Source of the DNA: Geobacter metallireducens GS-15
Lineage (GTDB): Bacteria; Desulfobacterota; Desulfuromonadia; Geobacterales; Geobacteraceae
Length of the DNA: 32,000 nucleotides
Direction: 5' to 3'
Assembly: GCF_000012925.1 (NCBI RefSeq)
Contig: NC_007517.1
Span: 3,030,001 to 3,062,000 of the forward strand
The notes below the pieces were generated by a model that was given only the letters and a program-made list of their open reading frames with translations, did not search any database and was not told the DNA's origin. The translations under genes were made by a program, and so were the position numbers. Below are positions 1 to 7,031 of the stretch, one piece after another; within the stretch, counting starts at the first letter, position 1, and every line of letters starts with the position of its first letter.

Positions 1-427
1 GATAGGCGAGACCGAGGTTAATCCGGGCGTCCTCATGGTTGATGAAGAACAGATCGGCCAGAACCAACGTGAACTGGGCCACGGCATCATCCCACCGCTG
101 CATCTCCAGGTAGTTCACCCCCAGGTTGTTCCTGGCCTCGGAATAATCGGGCTTCAGCTCGATAGCCCTACGATACTTGAGTTCGGCGAGATCGTACCGT
201 TTTTTGTAGAAATAGGCGAGGCCGAGGCTGTTCAGGAGGGCGGGATCATCGGGGGTTAGCTTCTCCGCTTCAGCGAGTTCGATAAGGGCACGGGTCGCAT
301 CGTTTTCCCCTAGATAGGAAAGACCCATTTGAAAGTGATAGGATGCTTGCTTCCGGGAGGCGTCGGTTACGGCACAGGCTGTGAGGGAAAAGAGCGCCAT
401 GACGATCAGCACAAGTAGACGTTTCAC
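1..427 (-). CDS. TPR-repeat lipoprotein, PilF/PilW-like; 3' end lies outside the window
   Basis: Absent from the ORF track (GTG start, truncated). My translation of the minus strand from GTG 427..425 reads VKRLLVLIVMALFSLTACAVTDASRKQASYHFQMGLSYLGENDATRALIELAEAEKLTPDDPALLNSLGLAYFYKKRYDLAELKYRRAIELKPDYSEARNNLGVNYLEMQRWDDAV... It has a signal peptide with lipobox LTAC followed by 34-aa TPR-type repeats. GAGGTG lies 5 nt upstream of the GTG. Confidence 0.6.
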   Translation of the reverse strand, partial: MKRLLVLIVMALFSLTACAVTDASRKQASYHFQMGLSYLGENDATRALIELAEAEKLTPDDPALLNSLGLAYFYKKRYDLAELKYRRAIELKPDYSEARNNLGVNYLEMQRWDDAVAQFTLVLADLFFINHEDARINLGLAY

Positions 428-497
428 GTTATCACCTCAAGCCGGGAAATTGAAAGCAGAGCTGTCTGTGAGGAGCGAAAACCGGCTCAGAAAGCCT

Positions 498-514
498 GTT
501 CACGCCCCGTGAAC
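498..514 (-). terminator. Perfect 7-bp hairpin GTTCACG-CCC-CGTGAAC downstream of the PfkB kinase gene; weak U tract
   Basis: Read directly from the sequence. On the minus strand it is followed by AGGCTTTCTG. It sits 46 nt after the stop at 560. Confidence 0.25.
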
Positions 515-559
515 CGTAACAGATTTGCCTTGTGTTGTCAACGCAGGGCGCCGCGCTCC

Positions 560-1477
560 CTACCCTCCAGCAAGCCCTTCGAAGTGGGTCAGGGCCTTGA
601 AACTGCGGTAGCGGTCCTCGATCTCCCGATACTCGAGCCGCTTCAGGCGATTGAGGCTGAAATCCTCCACATTGAACGACGCCATGACACTCCCGAAGAT
701 GATGGCCTGACGGATTCCCGTCTCGGAGGTGTCACCCGTATTGGCCAGATACCCCATAAAACCGCCGGCAAAGGTGTCGCCGGCCCCGGTCGGATCAAAC
801 ACGTCCTCAAGGGGAAAGGCCGGAGCGGCAAAGACCGAATGATCGGTGAACATGAGGACGCCGTACTCGCCCCGCTTGATGACCAGGGTTTTTACCCCCA
901 TGGCGAGAATCTTCCGGGCCGCCTTGGTGAGGTTGGCTTCCTGGGTAAACTGCCGGGCCTCACCTTCGTTAATGATGAAGATATCCACCTTGGCGATGAC
1001 CGCCTTGAGGGCCTCGGGCTTGGAGGAGATCCAGAAGTTCATGGTGTCGCAGGCGATGACCCGCGGCTTCTCCACCTGGCTGAGAACCTCCATCTGGAGT
1101 TCCGGATCGATGTTGGCTAGGAAGAGGAATTCGGCATCACGGTACGCGGCCGGAATCTGCGGTCTGAAGCTCTCGAACACGTTCAGGTGGGTTTCCAGGG
1201 TCTGGGCCTCATTCAGGTCGTAGCCGTACTTCCCCTTCCAGTGGAAGGTCTTTCCCCCTTCCCGGGCAAGACCGCGCAGATCGATATTGCGGGAATTGAG
1301 GAACTCCACGTGCTCCTGGGGGAAGTCCTCTCCCACCACCGCCACAAGGCTCACATCGGTGAAAAAGCTCGCCGACGTCGAGAAATAGGTGGCCGAGCCG
1401 CCAAGAACGTTCTCCACTCTGCCAAAGGGGGTCTCCACTGAATCAAATGCCACGGAACCGACGACGAGTATGCCCAC
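560..1477 (-). CDS. PfkB-family carbohydrate/nucleoside kinase (ribokinase-like)
   Basis: 305-aa track ORF. It carries the N-terminal G-rich motif (VVGSVAFD) and the C-terminal PfkB signature DPTGAGDTFAGGF. GTG start with AAGGAG 6 nt upstream. It lies 30 nt downstream of mtnP on the same strand. Confidence 0.85.
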   Translation of the reverse strand: MGILVVGSVAFDSVETPFGRVENVLGGSATYFSTSASFFTDVSLVAVVGEDFPQEHVEFLNSRNIDLRGLAREGGKTFHWKGKYGYDLNEAQTLETHLNVFESFRPQIPAAYRDAEFLFLANIDPELQMEVLSQVEKPRVIACDTMNFWISSKPEALKAVIAKVDIFIINEGEARQFTQEANLTKAARKILAMGVKTLVIKRGEYGVLMFTDHSVFAAPAFPLEDVFDPTGAGDTFAGGFMGYLANTGDTSETGIRQAIIFGSVMASFNVEDFSLNRLKRLEYREIEDRYRSFKALTHFEGLAGG

Positions 1478-1507
1478 GGGAATCTCCTTGCTCTCTAGAG
1501 TCTCTTG

Positions 1508-2371
1508 TTAGAGGTACTTGCCGATGATCAGGTCGAGCCGCTCCCTGGCCTCGGCGGGAATGGCGCTGCGGTCGGTGATGATGGCGTAGGTGAGGGCCGA
1601 GGCGCAGGGGCACGCCCGCTCGGCGGAGATCCGCTTCACGGCGTGGCCGATGATGGACTTTGACATGGCGACGTTCTGCCGAATGATTGCCAGGATAGCA
1701 TCCACCGAGACATCGTCGTGGGACTCGTGCCAGCAGTCGTAATCGGTGGAGAGGGCGATGACCCCGTAGCAGATCTCGGCCTCCCGGGCCAGTTTCGCCT
1801 CGGGGATGTTCGTCATGCCGATGACCGAGACGCCGAAGGAGCGGTAGAGGTTCGACTCGGCCCGGGTTGAGAATGCCGGCCCCTCCATGCAGATATAGGT
1901 CCCTCCCCGGTGAACGGTTGCTCCGGCGGCCAAGGCCGCCTCGTACAGCCAGCCGGAGAGATCGGCGCAGACCGGGTCGGCGAACTGCACGTGGGCCACC
2001 ACGCCGTTGCCGAAGAACGTGTTGGCCCGGGTTGCGTTGGTGCGGTCGATGAACTGGTCGGGGATAACGATGTGCCCCGGCGCGATCTCCTCCTTCATGC
2101 TCCCGACGGCAGAGACGGAGATGATCCGCGTTACACCAAGCTTCTTCATCCCGTAGATGTTAGCCCGGTAGTTCACCTCCGACGGCAGGAGGCGGTGTCC
2201 CTTACCGTGGCGGGGAAGGAACACCATCTGCACCCCGTCAAGAACACCGGTCATGAACTCGTCCGACGGGGCCCCGAAGGGGGTTTCCACAACCACGCTC
2301 CGGACATCGCTCAGCCCTTCCATCTCGTAGAGACCGCTTCCTCCAATGACGCCGATAACCTGCTCACTCAT
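1508..2371 (-). CDS. mtnP: S-methyl-5'-thioadenosine phosphorylase
   Basis: 287 aa. It has the MTAP/PNP family pattern (IGVIGGSGLY, FLPRHG.GH, VSAVGS, CMEGPAFSTRAES, GMT..PEA.LARE). Confidence 0.9.
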   Translation of the reverse strand: MSEQVIGVIGGSGLYEMEGLSDVRSVVVETPFGAPSDEFMTGVLDGVQMVFLPRHGKGHRLLPSEVNYRANIYGMKKLGVTRIISVSAVGSMKEEIAPGHIVIPDQFIDRTNATRANTFFGNGVVAHVQFADPVCADLSGWLYEAALAAGATVHRGGTYICMEGPAFSTRAESNLYRSFGVSVIGMTNIPEAKLAREAEICYGVIALSTDYDCWHESHDDVSVDAILAIIRQNVAMSKSIIGHAVKRISAERACPCASALTYAIITDRSAIPAEARERLDLIIGKYL

Positions 2372-2397
2372 GCCATAGTCCTCCCAGGCTGCAGAAA

Positions 2398-3438
2398 TTA
2401 GATGCCCGAAACGTTCTTGTCCAGCTTACCCTTGAGCTGGCCGCACGCCGCGGAAATATCGGAGCCGCGGCTTGATCGGGTGATGACCGTAAAATGCTTG
2501 CTCAAGAGATAGCTGTGAAACACATCGATTGCTCCCTGATCGGGAGACTTGAAGGAGCAACCGTCGTGCTCGTTGAAGGGAATGAGATTTATCTTGGAGG
2601 AGATGTCGCTCAAGAGCTTCACCAGCCGCTTGGCATCCTCCAGAGAATCGTTGAGCCCCTTGATCATCACGTACTCGATGGTAATCTTCCGGCGCCCCGG
2701 CAGGGGATAGCTTCGACAGGCGTCCAGGAGCAACCGGAGAGGATAACGCCGGTTCACGGGCATGATCCGGTCCCGCACCTCGTCGGTGGTAGCGTTCAGG
2801 GAGACAGCCAGATTGACCGTTACCTCGCGCCCCAAACGCTCCATCTCCGGAACAAGCCCCGATGTGGAAACCGTGACCCGTCGGGTCGAGAACTGGAGCC
2901 CGTCATCGTGAAGAATGATCTTGAGTGCCTTCACGACATTATCAAGGTTGGCCAGCGGCTCTCCCATCCCCATGAAGACGATATTGCGAACCGGTACGTC
3001 CCTTCGCACCGCACATATCTGGTTAACGATCTCGCCTGCGGTCAGGTTCCGGGTGAGCCGGAACGTGCCGGTGAGACAGAATTCGCAGGCCATGGCACAA
3101 CCGACCTGGCTCGAAATACAGAGGGTAGTGCGGTCTTCTTCGGGGATGAGGACTGACTCGACGGTGTTACCGTCCTCGAGGCGAAACAGATACTTCCGCG
3201 TACCATCCCGGGATACTTCCATCGCCTCGGGCTCAAGATCGCTGATGACCGCTGTTTCCTCCAGATCCCGCCGAAGATCCTTGGCCAGATCGGTCATCTC
3301 GGCAAAACTCCGGGCGTCCTTCTGATAGAGCCACTTAAATATCTGCCGCGCCCGATAGCGCTCCTTCCCCTTACCGGCAAGAAATGCAATGAGATCGTCA
3401 AGGGTCAGGTTCTTAATATCAATTTTGCCGTTCATCAT
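2398..3438 (-). CDS. rlmN: 23S rRNA/tRNA (adenine-C2)-methyltransferase, radical SAM
   Basis: 346 aa. It has the radical-SAM cluster motif CAMACEFC, the MGMGEPL motif, and the C-terminal catalytic Cys context AACGQL. Confidence 0.93.
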
Positions 3439-3452
3439 GGTTTATTGAATAT

Positions 3453-3481
3453 AAAAAAGCCCTTCAAGGGAAGGGCTTTTT
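3453..3481 (-). terminator. Rho-independent terminator after ndk with bidirectional geometry (A6-stem-T5)
   Basis: Stem GCCCTTC (3459-3465), loop AAGG, stem GAAGGGC (3470-3476). It is flanked by A6 on the left, which is T6 on the minus strand, and by T5 on the right. It lies 21 nt after the ndk stop. Confidence 0.7.
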
Positions 3482-3501
3482 CCTCGCAATCTTGGGATGA
3501 C

Positions 3502-3915
3502 CTAGAGGAGTTCAAGCTGGCTGAAAAAGTAAGGGATCTCGAAGGCAGCCGACTCGGGTGAATCGGAACCGTGAACCGTGTTCTCCTCGATGCTGAGACC
3601 GAATTCCTTGCGAATCGTGCCGGCATCGGCGTTGGCCGGATTGGTGGCGCCCATAACTTCACGCCACTTGGCAATGGCGTTCTCACGCTCAAGAGCAAGC
3701 ACAACCACTGGGCTGCGCGACATGAAGGAGCAGAGATCGCCAAAGAAGGGACGCTCACTGTGAACATAATAGAAGCCCTCGGCTTCCTTCTTGGAGAGCT
3801 GAATCTTCTTCATGCCCACAATCCTGAAGCCAGCGGCCTCGATCTTCTCGAGAACCTTGCCGACAATATTCCTCTCAACCGCATCAGGCTTGATAATAGC
3901 GAATGTTCTTTCCAT
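3502..3915 (-). CDS. ndk: Nucleoside diphosphate kinase
   Basis: The track ORF 3502..3954 is trimmed to the Met of [13 protein letters not shown], which has GGAGG 6 nt upstream. That gives 137 aa. The active-site His context is NTVHGSDS. Confidence 0.93.
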
Positions 3916-3954
3916 CGTGGCCTCCAGTATATATACGAGATAAAATGACCTCAC

Positions 3955-3983
3955 TAGATACCACGTAACTGGTCCTGTGTCAA
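3955..3983 (-). promoter_or_regulatory. Candidate sigma70-type promoter for ndk (TTGACA-N17-TATCTA on the minus strand)
   Basis: The reverse complement of 3955-3983 reads TTGACAcaggaccagttacgtggTATCTA. It lies about 40 nt upstream of the ndk ATG. Confidence 0.3.
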
Positions 3984-4004
3984 TCCGGTTCGGAAGCTCA
4001 AATA

Positions 4005-4042
4005 GAAAAAGGCCTACAGAACGTGTTCTGTAGGCCTTTTTC
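4005..4042 (-). terminator. Strong palindromic terminator after the mini-lipoprotein gene
   Basis: AGGCCTACAGAAC (4010-4022) and GTTCTGTAGGCCT (4025-4037) form a perfect 13-nt inverted repeat. An A-run lies before it and a T-run after it. It lies 23 nt beyond the stop at 4065. Confidence 0.7.
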
Positions 4043-4064
4043 TATACTTGCAGAAGTAAGCTGA

Positions 4065-4268
4065 TTACTTGTGCTCAGCCGGAGCAGCCGGAGCAGCTTC
4101 AGGGGCCGGGGCCTTAGCAGAAGACATCGGAGCTTGAGCCGGAGCGGCCGGAGCCGGAGCAGCTTGCTCAGCAGGAGCCGGAGCCGGAGCTTCTTCTTTT
4201 TTCTTGCAGCCAGCAGCAAAAGCTACAGCCATAGCAAGGCACAGAGTCAGAGAGAGCAGTTTTTTCAT
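4065..4268 (-). CDS. Small Ala/Pro-rich lipoprotein (67-aa precursor, about 47 aa mature, C-terminal Lys)
   Basis: The track ORF 4065..4334 is trimmed to MKKLLSLTLCLAMAVAFAAGC..., which has AGAGGTGA 7 nt upstream. Lipobox AAGC. The mature part is CKKKEEAPAPAPAEQAAPAPAAPAQAPMSSAKAPAPEAAPAAPAEHK. It has its own promoter-like and terminator elements. Confidence 0.6.
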   Translation of the reverse strand: MKKLLSLTLCLAMAVAFAAGCKKKEEAPAPAPAEQAAPAPAAPAQAPMSSAKAPAPEAAPAAPAEHK

Positions 4269-4345
4269 TGACGTTTCACCTCTTTTCCTTTTTTTGATTG
4301 CCATATTCGCGCACAGCGCATGGTTTATAAACACAACGAAGGGAG

Positions 4346-4373
4346 AATATACTGGCTTTGAAAATTATGTCAA
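4346..4373 (-). promoter_or_regulatory. Candidate strong sigma70-type promoter for the mini-lipoprotein gene (TTGACA-N16-TATATT)
   Basis: The reverse complement of 4346-4373 reads TTGACAtaattttcaaagccagTATATT. It lies about 80 nt upstream of the ATG. Confidence 0.35.
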
Positions 4374-4619
4374 GATTTTTTTAATCGCCACATTATTTCG
4401 TATTCGTGCAACAATTTCAGTATATTATAACGCAAAAACAACAGTGGCTGCTATAAATTATAAATAAATACACTCCATTTTTGTATTCGTCCTCTCTTCC
4501 TGACCAGCATCCCTGTTCCATTCCTCTCCCCAAAGGGCCCAATCCCGCTTGACCATGCTCCCTCTCAGACAACAGGAATTAGCTCTTGTCACCAAAGGGA
4601 AAAGTTAGTAGCGTACGAA

Positions 4620-5192
4620 ATGGACAAACCTTCAAGAAGGGGGGAGAATGTGTCACAGAATCTAACCCTCACAGAGAAGAAGAAGCTTCTCTCTCTTGCC
4701 AGAGAAGCAATCATTGATTACATCCGTGAAGGGAACTTACCGCATCGTCTCGAGACCGCCCCCTCCCTCCAAGGTCAGCAGGGTTGTTTCGTCACCATCA
4801 AGATGAACGGCACCCTCCGCGGATGTATTGGCAGCTTTGTATCAGACAAGCCGCTCTACAGACTCGTTCAAGATATGGCCATATCCGCCGCCACCCGCGA
4901 TCCTCGGTTCTACCCTATGAAACCGGCAGATCTTGAAGGATTTTCGATTGAAATCTCCGTCCTCGGCCCCCTTGAAAAAATTTCATCACCAGAAGGTATC
5001 AAGGTGGGAACCCATGGCATCTACATAGAGAAGAACTCCTGCCGCGGCGTACTCCTTCCCCAGGTGGCAGTCGAATACAACTGGGACAAGGATACCTTTC
5101 TGTCGCAAACATGTCTCAAAGCGGGCCTGAAACCCGATGACTGGAAAGAAGGTGCCGACCTCTATGTATTCAGTGCCCAGATAATTTCCTGA
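4620..5192 (+). CDS. AMMECR1-domain protein (AmmeMemoRadiSam system protein A family)
   Basis: 190 aa with the hallmark CFVTIK...LRGCIGSF motif. An alternative in-frame GTG start at 4650 is preceded by AGAAGGGGGGAG. Confidence 0.85.
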   Translation: MDKPSRRGENVSQNLTLTEKKKLLSLAREAIIDYIREGNLPHRLETAPSLQGQQGCFVTIKMNGTLRGCIGSFVSDKPLYRLVQDMAISAATRDPRFYPMKPADLEGFSIEISVLGPLEKISSPEGIKVGTHGIYIEKNSCRGVLLPQVAVEYNWDKDTFLSQTCLKAGLKPDDWKEGADLYVFSAQIIS

Positions 5193-5224
5193 GCAATTAC
5201 ACCGCCAAGAAAACCGCACATACG

Positions 5225-5258
5225 AAAAGGGGGAGATGTCTAGACATCTCCCCTTTTT
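5225..5258. terminator. Bidirectional terminator between the convergent AMMECR1 gene and gltA
   Basis: GGGGAGATGTC (5230-5240), TA, then GACATCTCCCC (5243-5253) form a perfect 11-bp stem. It is flanked by AAAA on the left and TTTTT on the right. Confidence 0.7.
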
Positions 5259-5313
5259 CTGCACTTCTGGCTACATGCGGGAGTCCTTGGGAGACTCCCG
5301 CACACAGGAAGTA

Positions 5314-6639
5314 TTAGAACTTCCGGCCACCTTCTTCAGCCCACTTCTCAAGCATCGGGGTGGTAACGGACTTCGGACGCTCGATGGCGTAGCCGAGACC
5401 ACGGTCCCAAGTGATGTTCGCCATGCAACCGAGAGCGCGGCCTACACCGAAGAGGACGGTGTAGAAGTCCCACTCACGGAGGCCATAGTACCACTGGATG
5501 ACACCGGACTGGGCATCAACGTTCGGCCAGGGGTTCTTGGCCTTGCCGTGCTCCATGAGGACGCCCGGGGCGGTCTCAAAGATCATGGCAACAAGCTTGA
5601 AGAGCGGATCATCTTTGAGACCCGGGGTCTTGAGGCAGAACTCACGCTGCGACATGTAGCGCGGGTCGGTCTTGCGGAGAACGGCGTGGCCGTAGCCCGG
5701 TACGACCTGGCCGGCATTGAGGGTATCCCAGAGGGCCTTGGTGACCAGTTCCTTGGTCGGCTCCACATCCTTGCAGTACTTCTGCTGGAACTTGATGGTC
5801 CAGTCGAGGACTTCCTGGTTGGCAAGGCCGTGCAGCGGACCGGCAAGGCCGTTAAGACCGGCAGAGTATGCATAGTAGGGGTCGGACAGGGCAGAGTGTA
5901 CCAAGTGAGTGGTGTGCGCTGAAACGTTGCCGGATTCGTGGTCGGAGTGAAGGATGAAGTACATCCGGGCAACGTCCTCGTACTCCTTGCACTGACCGAT
6001 CATGCGGGCGAAGTTGGCGCCGCAGTCTGCAGTCGGGTCTATGGCACTCTGCTTGCCACCCCTGTACTTGAGGTTGTAAATGAACGCGGCGATGATGGGG
6101 ATACGGGCAACGAGATCGCTGGCATCTTCATAAACGTATTCCCAGGCAGTCATCTTGTTAAACTTGCCAGAGTTGTAGAAACCGGCAAATTTGGAATCCT
6201 TCTGCAGGGCGAGGATGCCGACCGACAGCATCACCATCGGGTGGCTTTCCTTCGGCAGGGCGCTGATTGCGTCAAATACATACTGGGGGACTACCTGACG
6301 GGTCTTCCACTCAGCAACCACCTCGTCAACCTGGGCTTGAGTCGGAACCTCGCCGGTAAGGAGGAAGTACCAGAAGGACTCAACGGTCGGATAATCAGAG
6401 CCGGAGGCCTTGGGGAGCGCCTCAAAGGTCTCGGGAATGGTCTTGCCGCGGAACCGGATACCTTCCTGCGGGTCGAGGTAGGAGATATCGGTTACCAGGC
6501 TGCGGATGTCACGGGCACCGCCAATGGCCTGATCAATTGTTACCTGGTCGATAACCACTTTCCCAAACTCTTTCACAAGTCTGGTGGTACGGGGACGGAA
6601 CTCCTCAATTTTTTGCTTCAGGGTTTCCTTGAGTGCCAT
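5314..6639 (-). CDS. gltA: Citrate synthase, eukaryote-like type
   Basis: 441 aa with the active-site contexts ILHSDHESGNVSAHT and VVPGYGHAVLRKTDPRY. Its length and motifs match the mitochondrial-like citrate synthases described for Geobacteraceae. AAGGAGAG lies upstream of the ATG. Confidence 0.93.
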   Translation of the reverse strand: MALKETLKQKIEEFRPRTTRLVKEFGKVVIDQVTIDQAIGGARDIRSLVTDISYLDPQEGIRFRGKTIPETFEALPKASGSDYPTVESFWYFLLTGEVPTQAQVDEVVAEWKTRQVVPQYVFDAISALPKESHPMVMLSVGILALQKDSKFAGFYNSGKFNKMTAWEYVYEDASDLVARIPIIAAFIYNLKYRGGKQSAIDPTADCGANFARMIGQCKEYEDVARMYFILHSDHESGNVSAHTTHLVHSALSDPYYAYSAGLNGLAGPLHGLANQEVLDWTIKFQQKYCKDVEPTKELVTKALWDTLNAGQVVPGYGHAVLRKTDPRYMSQREFCLKTPGLKDDPLFKLVAMIFETAPGVLMEHGKAKNPWPNVDAQSGVIQWYYGLREWDFYTVLFGVGRALGCMANITWDRGLGYAIERPKSVTTPMLEKWAEEGGRKF

Positions 6640-6731
6640 GTTACGTACTCTCCTTTCACGTTATAGTGTTTTAATAAACAAAAACAAACCATAAACCTCG
6701 ACTACCTTTTCTTCCCCCTCCTTTCCACTGG

Positions 6732-6741
6732 TAGTATACTG
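6732..6741. promoter_or_regulatory. Copy 1 of the repeated motif TAGTATACTG (core palindrome AGTATACT) in the gltA leader
   Basis: This is an exact 10-mer that is also present at 6838-6847. It lies 93 nt upstream of the gltA ATG. Confidence 0.3.
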
Positions 6742-6837
6742 GAACCGCCAAACCGTTGACCCTACACCATTAACACCCATAAATCACGCATCGCTTCGAC
6801 GGGTTACCGGATGACTAGCAGGGCAGAAATATTTTTT

Positions 6838-6852
6838 TAGTATACTGTATAC
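6838..6852. promoter_or_regulatory. Copy 2 of TAGTATACTG, extended to the inverted repeat TATAC-T-GTATA
   Basis: The sequence is TAGTATACTGTATAC. It sits just downstream (gltA sense) of the candidate -10 at 6868-6873, an operator-like position. Confidence 0.3.
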
Positions 6853-6867
6853 AATTTTCTATAAAAA

Positions 6868-6896
6868 TTTATACCACTCAATTTGATTAAACTCAA
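6868..6896 (-). promoter_or_regulatory. Candidate sigma70-type promoter for gltA (TTGAGT-N17-TATAAA)
   Basis: The reverse complement of 6868-6896 reads TTGAGTttaatcaaattgagtggTATAAA. It implies a leader of about 220 nt. Confidence 0.35.
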
Positions 6897-6947
6897 CATA
6901 ATTTTTATGGGAAAAAGGGACTCGGACGGAATGCGTAAACAGCAACC

Positions 6948-6963
6948 GTCGCCTGAAGGCGAC
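6948..6963 (-). terminator. Short hairpin GTCGCC-TGAA-GGCGAC downstream of the M24 peptidase gene
   Basis: 6-bp stem with a 4-nt loop, about 70 nt after the stop at 7032. The U tract on the minus strand is poor. Confidence 0.2.
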
Positions 6964-7031
6964 AAGGACTCCGTGGACTGCGGACACACAGCCACGGAGC
7001 AGGTAAAGAGAGCGGCCAGCGGTGGGAAAAA

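Noticed and set aside
3916-3954. N-terminal extensions suggested by the longest-ORF coordinates: ndk to 3954, lipoprotein to 4334, cstA to 16083, lytT to 17045, DUF502 to 19402, phoB from 10450, phoU from 23771, pstA from 21667, cheA from 29482
   Set aside because: In each case an internal start gives the canonical family N-terminus, usually with a good SD at 5-9 nt. The extensions are unconserved-looking, often overlap the upstream gene or a terminator, and some run through promoter or Pho-box elements.
4075-4200. GGAGCCGGAGC-type nucleotide repeats; considered as a tandem repeat or CRISPR-like array
   Set aside because: The repeats are short, imperfect and in frame, encoding the Ala/Pro-rich body of the lipoprotein. 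There is no repeat-spacer organisation.
6640-6867. Riboswitch or known cis-regulatory RNA in the long gltA leader and in the other AT-rich spacers (4335-4619, 10093-10554), including the GEMM-type c-di-GMP elements common in Geobacter
   Set aside because: I could not recognise any conserved riboswitch core sequence by eye. This needs an Infernal/Rfam scan, so absence is not proven.
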